The notes under the pieces: generated by a model
Databases searched by the model: none
What the model saw: only the letters and a program-made list of their open reading frames with translations
Told to the model about the DNA's origin: nothing
Position numbers and translations under genes: made by a program
Sequence record: SRR22947725_6362
Direction: 5' to 3' (one strand)
DNA length: 32,015 bases
Shown here: positions 19,493 to 29,284 of the stretch, piece by piece
Layout of the letters: each line of letters opens with the position of its first letter
Position numbering within the stretch: position 1 is the first letter of the stretch

Positions 19493-20639
19493 GATATTTC
19501 AACGCACTTTGTGCACCACCTGACTGATGAGGCACGCCTGCCCGTATCATGCCCATTTCCACACCACTTAGCGTTCCCATAAGCATCAAATCATTGAAGT
19601 CGCCCAAATGACCAATGCGGAAAATTTTATCAGCGACTTTATTTAACCCCGTTCCAAGGGACATATCAAACCCGTCCAATATTTCAGCGCGCAACGCATC
19701 GCCCCCCTGTCCATCAGGCATTAATACAGCGGTCAGGCTGTTTGATCGTTCGTCTGGATTTAACGCCAAAATCTCGAACCCCCATGACTCAACTGCTGCG
19801 CGGGTCGCTGATGCGTGGCGCTCATGGCGTGCAAATACCTGCTCCAATCCTTCTCCCGCCAACATATCCAAAGCCTCACGCAATCCATAAAGAAGTGTCG
19901 TGGCGGGTGTGTATGGGAAATAGCCCGCATCATTCGGCGTCATCATATCGCGCCAATCCCAATAGGAACGGCGATCCCCGCCCGCCTGACAAGCGGCCCA
20001 AGCTTTTTCCGAAATGGCATTGAATGACAATCCAGGGGGCAACATCAATCCCTTTTGTGATCCTGCAACGACCACATCGACACCCCACGCGTCTGTTTTG
20101 AAATCAATAGAGCCAAGAGATGAAATGGTGTCCACCATCATAAGCGCGGGATGCGCTGCACCATCAATCGCAGCGCGTACGGCACCGATATCGGATGTAA
20201 TACCCGTTGCGGTATCATTGTGAACAACGCAGACTGCCTTAATCTTGTGATCCGTGTCTTTGGCTAATGCATCTGCAATCAAATTCGCGTCTACGCCGCG
20301 CCGCCAGTCACCCGCGATAAAGATGGGATCATACCCCAACTTGGTCGCCATGTTTTTCCACAATGTCGAAAACTGACCCGTTTCATACATCAACACCTGA
20401 TCACCCGGTTGCAACACATTGACCAATGCGGCCTCCCATGCGCCGGAACCAGAGGCGGGATAGATAACAACACGACCTTCTGTTTGGAAAACCGGCTTTA
20501 AATCACGCAGCAAACCCAATCCTAATTCTGCGAACTCTGGCCCACGGTGATCAATAACCGATCGATGCATCGCACGCAAAATACGTTCGGGTGTATTGGT
20601 GGGTCCGGGAATTTGAAGAAAGTGACGTCCAGATCTCAT
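19473..20639 (-). CDS. Class V PLP aminotransferase, serine-glyoxylate aminotransferase-like
   Basis: GRHFLQIPGPTN, VHNDTATG, DTISS, PLP lysine in GSQKGL, FRIGHLG. Start chosen at MRSGRHF (20639). Confidence 0.9.
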   Translation of the reverse strand: MRSGRHFLQIPGPTNTPERILRAMHRSVIDHRGPEFAELGLGLLRDLKPVFQTEGRVVIYPASGSGAWEAALVNVLQPGDQVLMYETGQFSTLWKNMATKLGYDPIFIAGDWRRGVDANLIADALAKDTDHKIKAVCVVHNDTATGITSDIGAVRAAIDGAAHPALMMVDTISSLGSIDFKTDAWGVDVVVAGSQKGLMLPPGLSFNAISEKAWAACQAGGDRRSYWDWRDMMTPNDAGYFPYTPATTLLYGLREALDMLAGEGLEQVFARHERHASATRAAVESWGFEILALNPDERSNSLTAVLMPDGQGGDALRAEILDGFDMSLGTGLNKVADKIFRIGHLGDFNDLMLMGTLSGVEMGMIRAGVPHQSGGAQSALKYLADHRI

Positions 20640-20709
20640 ACTGTTAACCGAAAAAAGTTGCACTACACCGCTACAAAAGTGAATGTGATGACAGGAAAGG
20701 TCAAGTGAA

Positions 20710-23523
20710 ATGGCAGACTATGATCGTTTGAAAAAACAAATCGAAGGCGATATTCTGAATTCCTCTTTTGATCGCGGACGCTATGCGACCGATGCCTCGA
20801 TCTATCAGATCATGCCGAAGGCGGTCATGGTCCCAAAAACATGGCAGGACGTAGAAGCCGCGCTGGATTTTGCCAAGGCTGAGGGCATTTCACTGTTGCC
20901 ACGAGGTGGGGGAACCTCACAATCAGGGCAAACCGTGAATGATGCCTTGGTCATTGATTTCACAAAACATTTAAACAACATACTAGATTATGATGCTGAT
21001 GCGGGAACAGCCACGGTGCAACCTGGGTTGGTTCTAGATAACCTAAATCGTCAATTAAAATCAGATGGATGGTGGTACCCTGTTGATGTGTCGACGGCGT
21101 CGCGCGCAACCCTTGGAGGGATGGCGGCCAACAATTCCTGTGGATCGCGTTCGATCCGATATGGCAAGATGCAGGATAATGTGCGCGCTCTGACCGCGAT
21201 GACCGTTGATGGCACAACACGGCGGTTTGAATATGCGGATACAACACAGTCATTAGATGCGGATATGCGCACGCTTGCCTTACAGGAACAGGATGAAATC
21301 ACCACACGCTTTCCCAAGGTTCAACGGCGCGTGGGCGGGTACAACATTGATGCCCTTTTGGGCGATACGCCACATATCGGCCGCCTTTTGGTTGGATCCG
21401 AAGGGACACTGGCCCTGACGAAAAGCATTGATTTGAAATTGTCCCCTGTGTTGGGAACAAAAACATTGGGCGTGTGCCATTTCCCCACATTTTACGCGGC
21501 AATGGACGCCGCACAGCACATCGTTAAATTGGGCCCCATTGCTGTGGAATTGGTTGATCACAATATGATCCAGTTGGGGCGTGATATCCCACAGTTTCGA
21601 CCCATCGTTGAAAGTTTCGTCCAAGGAAATCCAGCCGCCCTTCTCTTGGTTGAATTTGCCGAAACACCCGAGGAAAACAAAAAACGCCTCAATGCGCTGG
21701 TCGAATTGATGGGCGATCTGGGTTTTTCATGGACGGACAAAAATAAAGCCACAGGTGGTGTGTTGAAGGTTGAGGACCCCACATTCCAAGCACGCATTTG
21801 GGGTGTGCGCACGCAAGGATTAAACATCATGATGTCTATGCGCAGCGAAGGAAAGCCCGTGTCCTTTGTCGAGGATTGCGCCGTTCCTCTGGAACATCTG
21901 GCCGATTTCACCAGCCAGCTGACAGACGTCTTTCACAATCACGGCACGGACGGCACGTGGTATGCCCATGCCTCGGTCGGGTTGTTGCATGTGCGTCCTG
22001 TTTTGAACCTGCGACAGGATTTGGGACTACGTCAGATGCGGGCCATCGCGGAAGAGGCCTTTGATCTTGTCTCAAAATTCAAAGGCTCGCATTCAGGCGA
22101 ACACGGGGACGGCATCGTACGTTCGGAGTTCCACGAACGGATGTATGGGTCAAAAATGATCCGTATCTTTGAAACAGTGAAAGACCGCTTTGATCCAAAC
22201 GCGGTATTGAACCCTGGTAAAATAACCCGATCCCCGAAAATGGACGAACGGGCGATTACCCGCTGGCCCAAAAATTATTCCCCACAAACGCCAGATACAG
22301 TATTCGACTGGAATGCTTGGCCCGGTGGTTTGGCAGGTGCGGTAGAAATGTGTAACAACAACGGTGCCTGCCGCAAAAGCGTTGGGGGTGTGATGTGTCC
22401 ATCCTTCCGCGTCACTGGTGCGGAAAAGGACCTGACGCGTGGACGGGCCAATGTGTTGCGTTTGGCATTAACGGGCCAATTGGGGGATGATGCCTTTGCA
22501 TCCAATGACATGGCAGATGCCATGGCACTTTGTGTGGGATGCAAGGCATGCAAATCAGAATGTCCCATGTCTATCGACATGGCCAAAATGAAAACTGAGG
22601 TGCAAAGTGCACGCGCCGCAAAATATGGCGTGCCAATGCGCGAAAAACTGATCGCGGCCCTGCCCCGCATGGCGCCAATTGCGTCCACCTTTTCACCTCT
22701 CTCGAACTTTGCGCTCAAATTTGGCTATCTCTTCGGATTTGACAAAACCCGCCGCCTACCAGATTTTCAAAAACCGTATTCAGGGCCTGAAGGCGGTGAT
22801 GTTTTGTTATTCGCAGATACGTTCAACCGCCATTTCGATCCTGAAACATTACGCGCCGCGGAACGGGTTATTGGCGCCACAGGTAAAACCGTAGGCGTTA
22901 TATCGGCGCCTGGTCGTCCCCTTTGTTGTGGTCGCACACACCTAAGCACCGGTCAGACCGATCGCGCAAAACAGGAATTGCAGCGCACAACAGATGCATT
23001 TCGTGCGGCACTAGATGCTGGCAAAACAATTGTCGGTTTGGAACCATCTTGCACATTGATGTTTCGTGATGAGGCCGTAAACCTGATCCCCGAGTGGACA
23101 GAGGCACATGGCGCACAAATCCTGACCTTTGCCGAATATATTATGCAAAACCCACCCGCGGGCTTGGATATGTCGGTACTGGATGTTTTGGTACATGGAC
23201 ACTGCCACCAGAAGGCGATGGGTGTCGCCCAATACACTGTTGATGCGGTGAAAAGTGTACTGGGTGCCAATGCGCAGATGATCGACAGTTCCTGTTGCGG
23301 AATGGCCGGGTCCTTCGGCTATCAGGTCGAAACCGCCGAGGTGTCGCGCCAAATGGCTGAATTATCGCTGGCCCCAACAGTGCGCGCGGCCCCCACGGAT
23401 ACAATTGTTTTAGCAGACGGGTTTTCCTGTCGCTGTCAGATCAAAGATGTAACAGAACGTAAGGCGATGAACCTTGCCCTTCTAATGGATAAGGCACTAC
23501 AAGATAATGTCACAAATTATTGA
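20710..23523 (+). CDS. FAD-binding and Fe-S oxidoreductase (GlcD/GlcF fusion, 2-hydroxyacid dehydrogenase-like)
   Basis: RGGGTSQSGQ, GSEGTL, SGEHGDG, Fe-S motifs CNNNGACRK and CVGCKACKSECP, CCG domains (LCCGR, HGHCHQ, SCCGMAG). Confidence 0.92.
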   Translation: MADYDRLKKQIEGDILNSSFDRGRYATDASIYQIMPKAVMVPKTWQDVEAALDFAKAEGISLLPRGGGTSQSGQTVNDALVIDFTKHLNNILDYDADAGTATVQPGLVLDNLNRQLKSDGWWYPVDVSTASRATLGGMAANNSCGSRSIRYGKMQDNVRALTAMTVDGTTRRFEYADTTQSLDADMRTLALQEQDEITTRFPKVQRRVGGYNIDALLGDTPHIGRLLVGSEGTLALTKSIDLKLSPVLGTKTLGVCHFPTFYAAMDAAQHIVKLGPIAVELVDHNMIQLGRDIPQFRPIVESFVQGNPAALLLVEFAETPEENKKRLNALVELMGDLGFSWTDKNKATGGVLKVEDPTFQARIWGVRTQGLNIMMSMRSEGKPVSFVEDCAVPLEHLADFTSQLTDVFHNHGTDGTWYAHASVGLLHVRPVLNLRQDLGLRQMRAIAEEAFDLVSKFKGSHSGEHGDGIVRSEFHERMYGSKMIRIFETVKDRFDPNAVLNPGKITRSPKMDERAITRWPKNYSPQTPDTVFDWNAWPGGLAGAVEMCNNNGACRKSVGGVMCPSFRVTGAEKDLTRGRANVLRLALTGQLGDDAFASNDMADAMALCVGCKACKSECPMSIDMAKMKTEVQSARAAKYGVPMREKLIAALPRMAPIASTFSPLSNFALKFGYLFGFDKTRRLPDFQKPYSGPEGGDVLLFADTFNRHFDPETLRAAERVIGATGKTVGVISAPGRPLCCGRTHLSTGQTDRAKQELQRTTDAFRAALDAGKTIVGLEPSCTLMFRDEAVNLIPEWTEAHGAQILTFAEYIMQNPPAGLDMSVLDVLVHGHCHQKAMGVAQYTVDAVKSVLGANAQMIDSSCCGMAGSFGYQVETAEVSRQMAELSLAPTVRAAPTDTIVLADGFSCRCQIKDVTERKAMNLALLMDKALQDNVTNY

Positions 23524-24271
23524 TTTAACATATAATTTTGACCCGCTACAAACATTGATCCTAATCGGGATATTTTTGTTTGCAGCCATCGTAAAAGGCT
23601 TTTTAGGCATCGGTTTACCTGCCGCTTCAATGGCGTTCTTAACGCTTGTGATGTCCCCAACAGAAGCAATACCGCTATTATGGTTGTCCATTCTAGCTAC
23701 CAACTCACTGCAGTTTGCCCAAGCACCAAACAAATTGGACATCGCGCGGGAATATTGGCTGTTCGCTTTGGCGATTATGGTGTCGATTTTCGTCACATCT
23801 ATGTTCATTACGGCCTATCCGACAGCTCTGCTTACAGTGGCGATCGGCATTGCGATGATGCTGTTTTCTTTAAACCTGCTGTTGGGTGTTAAATTGAACA
23901 TCGGCCCAGGGCGTGGATGGCATTTAGGATTTGGGGTGCTGTCAGGAGTATTGGGCGGGATCAGTTCAATCTGGTCACCCACTGTCGCAATGTATTTGGT
24001 GGCACGTGATGTCAGTAAGGAACGATTTATCGGGGCAACAGGATTCTTGTTCTTAGCAGGTGTCTTGCCTTTGGGTGCAGGTCAATTGGTTGCCGGAATC
24101 CTAACAGGCCCTGCATTGATCAAATCAAGCCTTGCGTTGATCGTCGTCCTAATTGGATTTCGCATTGGTGAACTACTGCGCCAACGTGTCAGCCAAAAAT
24201 TATTTCGCAAAGCCGTTTTGATTGCGTTTTTCTTCATGGGTCTGCGCCTGATCATCAACGGCATTACCTAG
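23507..24271 (+). CDS. TauE/SafE family membrane protein (second copy)
   Basis: AAIVKGFLGIGLP and GVLGGISS, hydrophobic. Overlaps the oxidoreductase end by 17 bp. Confidence 0.85.
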   Translation: MSQIIDLTYNFDPLQTLILIGIFLFAAIVKGFLGIGLPAASMAFLTLVMSPTEAIPLLWLSILATNSLQFAQAPNKLDIAREYWLFALAIMVSIFVTSMFITAYPTALLTVAIGIAMMLFSLNLLLGVKLNIGPGRGWHLGFGVLSGVLGGISSIWSPTVAMYLVARDVSKERFIGATGFLFLAGVLPLGAGQLVAGILTGPALIKSSLALIVVLIGFRIGELLRQRVSQKLFRKAVLIAFFFMGLRLIINGIT

Positions 24272-25758
24272 GAACCATATAACATTTTGTTCAAATATAG
24301 GCGCTGGATTTTACCGGATGCTCCTTTGGGCAACTCTGGCAGAATATGTACCTTTTCTGGCGATTTAAATATTCCCAACTTTGCCTCACACAATGCACGT
24401 AACTGCTCGGGAGTGGCGTTCGATGTCTCGTTTAAACGCACTGCCGCCTCTACGCGTTCCCCATATTGCGCACAGGGCCGGGCGAATGCGGCGGCCTCAA
24501 CCACATCGGGATGTTCGTATAGAACCTCGTCGATTTCTCGCGGCGCGATGTTTTCACCGCCCTTGATAATCAACTCTTTCAAACGCCCCGTTACAAAGAC
24601 ATAGCCATCTTCATCCATACGTCCCAAATCCCCCGTGCGCAGCCAATCATCATGAAAGGTGGCCGCAGTGGCATCGGGATTGCGTAAGTATTCTTTCATC
24701 ACATTGGGACCTTGGATTTGAATTTCACCCTCAACCCCACAGGCACATTCAATACCATTCCCATCAGCAATACGCGCCTGATTGCTGATTGCTTTGCCCG
24801 CAGACCCAATTTTATGCAGGCGGGGATCCAATGGGTTAACCAAACATTGTGCTGCCGTTTCCGTCAGGCCCAAAGATTCCACAATACCCAAGCCAAAGCG
24901 GTCCTGAAAGGCACGCTGTGTTTCAACCGCGAGCGCCGAGGATGCAGAGCGCACAAAACGCAGGCGGGATTTCAAATCGGCACTTGGCTCTGCCGCTCCA
25001 TGCAGCAGGTGACTGATGATCGTGGGGACAGCAGAAAACCACGTAATTCCGCCATCTGCGGCCTGTTGCCAAAATTTGCTGGCGGAAAAACGTGATACCA
25101 TCGCCAAGGATCCACCTGATACCAAACTGCCCATGACGGACACGCACAGACCATTGATATGATAAAAGGGTAAAACCCCCATTCCACGGTCTTGTTCAGT
25201 CAATTCATGGGCCACACTGACAGTCCAACCACCTGCCAATAGGCTAGATTGCGTGTGAACGACGCCCTTGGGTCGCCCAGTGGTGCCAGAGGTATACATT
25301 AACAATGCATCGTCATCTGAGGAAAGGGGATGCAGGTTTTTCCGCTGATCCGTTGGCGTATATAGTTTCAACCGTTCTGGTTTCACCTGATGGAACACGT
25401 CCAATTGTGTTTCATGCACGAAAGCCACCCACGCCGCGGAATGATCCATGGCATAGCCAAGCGCATCCGGCCCTGCGGCTAAATTTAACATCGTAACACG
25501 AAACCCACCATAGAGCGCGGCAAACAACGCCTTAACCCCATCATATCCGTTGGGATGCATCACTACGATACTTTCACCTTTGACAATGCCTTGTGCCGTT
25601 AGATCAGCCGCCACCATCGCGCAGTGATCGCGTAAATCAGCCCAATTTAGGGTCTGTTCCGTTTCGGGAAAAACAAATGCCGTACCTCCGCGTTCAGCAC
25701 GGGCGTCAATCCAATCCCTCAGCGTTCCTTGAGGAGGCGTAGTTGTATCAAATCTCAT
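24268..25758 (-). CDS. sauT: Acyl-CoA synthetase, probable sulfoacetate-CoA ligase
   Basis: YTSGTTGRPKG, GLTET, RTGDLG, GRLKELIIKGGEN and LPKGASGKIQR. ATGA-coupled to the sauS-like gene; substrate inferred from context. Confidence 0.75.
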   Translation of the reverse strand: MRFDTTTPPQGTLRDWIDARAERGGTAFVFPETEQTLNWADLRDHCAMVAADLTAQGIVKGESIVVMHPNGYDGVKALFAALYGGFRVTMLNLAAGPDALGYAMDHSAAWVAFVHETQLDVFHQVKPERLKLYTPTDQRKNLHPLSSDDDALLMYTSGTTGRPKGVVHTQSSLLAGGWTVSVAHELTEQDRGMGVLPFYHINGLCVSVMGSLVSGGSLAMVSRFSASKFWQQAADGGITWFSAVPTIISHLLHGAAEPSADLKSRLRFVRSASSALAVETQRAFQDRFGLGIVESLGLTETAAQCLVNPLDPRLHKIGSAGKAISNQARIADGNGIECACGVEGEIQIQGPNVMKEYLRNPDATAATFHDDWLRTGDLGRMDEDGYVFVTGRLKELIIKGGENIAPREIDEVLYEHPDVVEAAAFARPCAQYGERVEAAVRLNETSNATPEQLRALCEAKLGIFKSPEKVHILPELPKGASGKIQRLYLNKMLYGS

Positions 25759-27140
25759 TTCCCAGCAAGGCTCCAATACCCATCAAAGATGTCTTCTAAT
25801 TTGGGTTCACGCGATGAAATTTCGCGAATAATTTTTGTTGATTGTAGAAAGTGGCGATAGTTCACATTTTCATTCACAGAATTGCCCCCCCATGTGCCAC
25901 ACCCCATCGACAGGGAAAAGGGCATGCCATTAGTGAACGATCCACCCGTCGCAAATGTATGCGCCTGATTAACAATGATCCGACTGGTGGGGATTGCCGT
26001 TGCCAAGGTATACGCGCGCTCATCCAATGCAGAATGTAATCCCACCGAATGCCCTGCCCCCTGATAAGCCTGAATTTTATGCGTCATATCCAAAGCAGCG
26101 TCAAAATCAGACGCGCAATACAGAGCCAAAACACGGCTAAGTTTTTCGCCAGACAGCGGATGATCCGGACCTATACCTGATGTCGGCACAACCAAAAATT
26201 CAGTCCCCTCTGGCACGTCCACATCAAGGGCAGCAATCATTTTATCCGCATCTTGTGCAATGACCGAACGGTTCAAATGCCCATCCGGCCATAGTTTGGA
26301 TACCAACGCTGCCTCATCCGCATAAAACGCACCACCTGCGCGCGCGAGTGCAGCAATGAAATCATCGTAAACTGCATCCACCACAACAACCGAATTTTCC
26401 GAGCTGCAAGAAGTGGCATTATCAAAGCATTTAGACGCCCGAATTTTTGCTGCAGCCCCATCCAAATCTGCGGTTTCATCTACGATCACTGTCACATTTC
26501 CAGCGCCTACAGCAACTGCTGGGGTCCCTGCGGTTTGTGCGCGATGCACGTTGTTTTGGCTGCCCGTGCAGACGATCATATCACACTGATCCATCAATGT
26601 TTGTGTCTTTTCTTTGGACCCAGGTGTGGGGATCATTTGCACCAGTGCGGGATCCTCGCCAATTTTCGCAAACTCGGCATGGATATATTCAAGCAACAGT
26701 TCACAACAGGCTACCCCCTTAGGCGATGGCGCGACCACAATTGAATTGCCGCATTTCAACGCATTGATTATGTTATTAGCAGGTGTAGCCGCAGGGTTTG
26801 TTGAGGGCACAATCGCACCCACAACCCCTTTGGGGCGGGCAATTTCCGTAATCCCTGTTTTAGGATCATCCGACATAACACCAAAGGTCACCACATTTTG
26901 AATATCCTGCATTAGACCTAATGTTTTACGATGATTTTTAATGATCTTATCAGGAACATTTCCCAGCCCTGTAGTTTCCACGGCCAATTCTGCCAAACGC
27001 CGATTGCGGGCGGGTTCCATAATCACCCATGCCACAGCTTGCGCAGCGTGGTCATAGCGCTGCTGCGATCCATTTTTTTCGTACTCTGCCTGTGCGATGC
27101 GCGAATGCGCAACAATCGCCTGAACGCCAGTATCCGTCAT
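25755..27140 (-). CDS. sauS: Acylating aldehyde dehydrogenase, probable sulfoacetaldehyde dehydrogenase
   Basis: PSTNPAATP, GAGN, catalytic FDNATSCSSENS, EKLS, GCGTWG. The AWVIMEPARNRRLAE..GLGNV.DK..KNHRKTLGL segment resembles SauS as I recall it. Confidence 0.82.
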   Translation of the reverse strand: MTDTGVQAIVAHSRIAQAEYEKNGSQQRYDHAAQAVAWVIMEPARNRRLAELAVETTGLGNVPDKIIKNHRKTLGLMQDIQNVVTFGVMSDDPKTGITEIARPKGVVGAIVPSTNPAATPANNIINALKCGNSIVVAPSPKGVACCELLLEYIHAEFAKIGEDPALVQMIPTPGSKEKTQTLMDQCDMIVCTGSQNNVHRAQTAGTPAVAVGAGNVTVIVDETADLDGAAAKIRASKCFDNATSCSSENSVVVVDAVYDDFIAALARAGGAFYADEAALVSKLWPDGHLNRSVIAQDADKMIAALDVDVPEGTEFLVVPTSGIGPDHPLSGEKLSRVLALYCASDFDAALDMTHKIQAYQGAGHSVGLHSALDERAYTLATAIPTSRIIVNQAHTFATGGSFTNGMPFSLSMGCGTWGGNSVNENVNYRHFLQSTKIIREISSREPKLEDIFDGYWSLAGK

Positions 27141-27171
27141 TCCATAAACTCCGTTTCAGGTTACCCCAGCC

Positions 27172-28662
27172 TTATGCCTTTGTCTTAATTGAGGTAAACG
27201 CGCGGTAGATGTTTGATGCAAGAGTGATTACACCTGCAGCAATCAAAATTGCACAAATTGGACGAGAAAAATACGTGCCCAAATCGTAATGCACCATCTG
27301 CATGCCTTGCGCGAAATTTTGTTCGCCAATTTTACCAAGAATCAAACCTAGTACAATTGCAGGGATCGAAAACCCAGAACGGCGCAGCAGATACCCAATA
27401 ATGCCTGCTAGGAACATTACCATCACATCCAAAACCAAACCACGTCCGATATAAGCCCCTGTTGTGGCCAACATCAAAATAAGCGGTGCCAAGAACTGGA
27501 ATGGGATTTTCAATAGGTTCAAAATAGTTTTGGTTTCTAAAACACCAATGATCAGGATGGACAAATTGGCGTAGAACATCGCCGCAAACACAATCCAAAT
27601 CAGATCAGGTGACAGCATAAAAACCAATGGACCAGGTTGCAGATCATGCATTTGGAACACCGCAACCATCATCGCGGTTAATGCGCCTCCCGGCAGACCC
27701 AATGCCAACAGCGGGATCATCGCCGCACCCGTTGCCGCGTTGTTTGCGGTTTCTGCGGAAATAACCCCTTCTAGTTTACCCTTGCCAAACTCCTCTGGGT
27801 TTTTGGACCACCGCACAGCTTCGCCATAACTCATGAAAGCGGCGAGCGTGGCGCCAATGCCCGGCAGGATGCCACAGAAAAACCCAACTAGGATAGATCG
27901 CAGCACAGCGATTTTATGCATCCATAGTTCAATAAAAGATGGAAACGTCATGCTGACTTTGGGTGCCTGGTATTTACCGCTGGCCTTCTTCTCAGCCTGA
28001 ACAAAGATTTCTGAAACCGCAAAGAACCCCAAGATCGCAGGGATAAACGCAATACCAGCGGCTAAATCAGTCATGCCAAAATTATAACGGTTGATGCCTC
28101 CCACCGGATCTTGACCAATGGTTGCGATCAACAATCCGATTAGGACCGACATCCAGCCTTTCCAAATGGTGCGCGCCCCAACGGATGAGGCGACGATTAG
28201 ACCAAAGAAAACAAGAGCAAAGATTTCAGGCGGGCCAATGTTGCGGATCGCCCAATTTGCTAATGGTTCGGTTGCGGCCATCATAACGAGGGCCGATGCA
28301 ATGCCCCCAATGGCCGAACACAACACGGCTGCGCCAACAGCCTTTCCCGATTGGCCTTTTTGCGTCATGGGGTAGCCATCAAACGCGGTTGGAGCATTTT
28401 CGGCGGATCCAGGAATGTTGAACAAAATTGCAGTAATCGCACCGCCATAGGTCCCAGTACAGTAAATGACCGCAAACAACATAACGCCCTGTGCAGGTTC
28501 CAGGCTTGCGGTAAAGGGCAACAAAATCGCCGCAAGTGTCAGCATACTAACCCCGGGGATTGCCCCAAACAACATGCCGCCCACGACGCCAAAGACGAAG
28601 ATGCCTATCGTGAAGGGATCACCAAAAAGAGCTGCGGAACCCGCTAAAAAATTCTCGATCAT
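27172..28662 (-). CDS. tctA: Tripartite tricarboxylate transporter large permease
   Basis: GAIPG, YGGAITAILFNIPG, TAFDGYPM, ETANNA and PLLALGLPG. Confidence 0.93.
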   Translation of the reverse strand: MIENFLAGSAALFGDPFTIGIFVFGVVGGMLFGAIPGVSMLTLAAILLPFTASLEPAQGVMLFAVIYCTGTYGGAITAILFNIPGSAENAPTAFDGYPMTQKGQSGKAVGAAVLCSAIGGIASALVMMAATEPLANWAIRNIGPPEIFALVFFGLIVASSVGARTIWKGWMSVLIGLLIATIGQDPVGGINRYNFGMTDLAAGIAFIPAILGFFAVSEIFVQAEKKASGKYQAPKVSMTFPSFIELWMHKIAVLRSILVGFFCGILPGIGATLAAFMSYGEAVRWSKNPEEFGKGKLEGVISAETANNAATGAAMIPLLALGLPGGALTAMMVAVFQMHDLQPGPLVFMLSPDLIWIVFAAMFYANLSILIIGVLETKTILNLLKIPFQFLAPLILMLATTGAYIGRGLVLDVMVMFLAGIIGYLLRRSGFSIPAIVLGLILGKIGEQNFAQGMQMVHYDLGTYFSRPICAILIAAGVITLASNIYRAFTSIKTKA

Positions 28663-28668
28663 TGCGCT

Positions 28669-29214
28669 TTAAATCCCTTGCAACTTAGCATTCAGTTTCA
28701 GCACCCACGCGCTGAAATCATAAAAGGGTGACACATTGCCTTGGGGCAATGGAGCGTTCAAAATCATTAGGAATAGCCCAATGAAAACACAATAAATAAA
28801 CAGAGTCATGATCAAGATCACCTTCCATCTACGTTCGCCAAAAAACCAGATAATTGCGGCAATGAAAAACGGTGCACTAAAGTAAATGCCAATTGGTTTG
28901 AGCAGATAGGCAAATATTAACGGCGTCAGCAGCACGGCTATCATGCGGCGTACAGTTCCGGCCTCACTAAAGTCTGCCTTATCCTCCGATTGGCCCAAAG
29001 TTGCCTGTGTCGCGTTGCCATAGCGATAATGGAACCAAAGATTTCCAAGTGTCGCCAATAGTAAAAATCCAACCACAACTCGTGGCCATGCGGTGGCCCC
29101 AAAGATATAGATTTCGATAGGTTGATTGAATTCGAATGAAAAGGCGTAAAAAATGCCAGCGATCAACAAAAAAATCGCGGCTTCGATCAGATTACTGAGT
29201 GTTAGTCGTCCCAC
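28669..29214 (-). CDS. tctB: Tripartite tricarboxylate transporter small permease
   Basis: Hydrophobic, GATAWP and C-terminal PLPQG, between tctC and tctA. GTG start at 29214 preferred because 29253 lies inside a hairpin. Confidence 0.85.
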   Translation of the reverse strand: MGRLTLSNLIEAAIFLLIAGIFYAFSFEFNQPIEIYIFGATAWPRVVVGFLLLATLGNLWFHYRYGNATQATLGQSEDKADFSEAGTVRRMIAVLLTPLIFAYLLKPIGIYFSAPFFIAAIIWFFGERRWKVILIMTLFIYCVFIGLFLMILNAPLPQGNVSPFYDFSAWVLKLNAKLQGI

Positions 29215-29240
29215 AGTATATTCCCATGCTCGCAGCAGAA

Positions 29241-29266
29241 AACATGGCGCCAAACGGCGCCATGTT
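29241..29266 (-). terminator. Intercistronic hairpin after tctC
   Basis: AACATGGCGCC-AAAC-GGCGCCATGTT, perfect 11-bp stem. Confidence 0.65.
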
Positions 29267-29284
29267 ATATTTATTATCTTTTGT

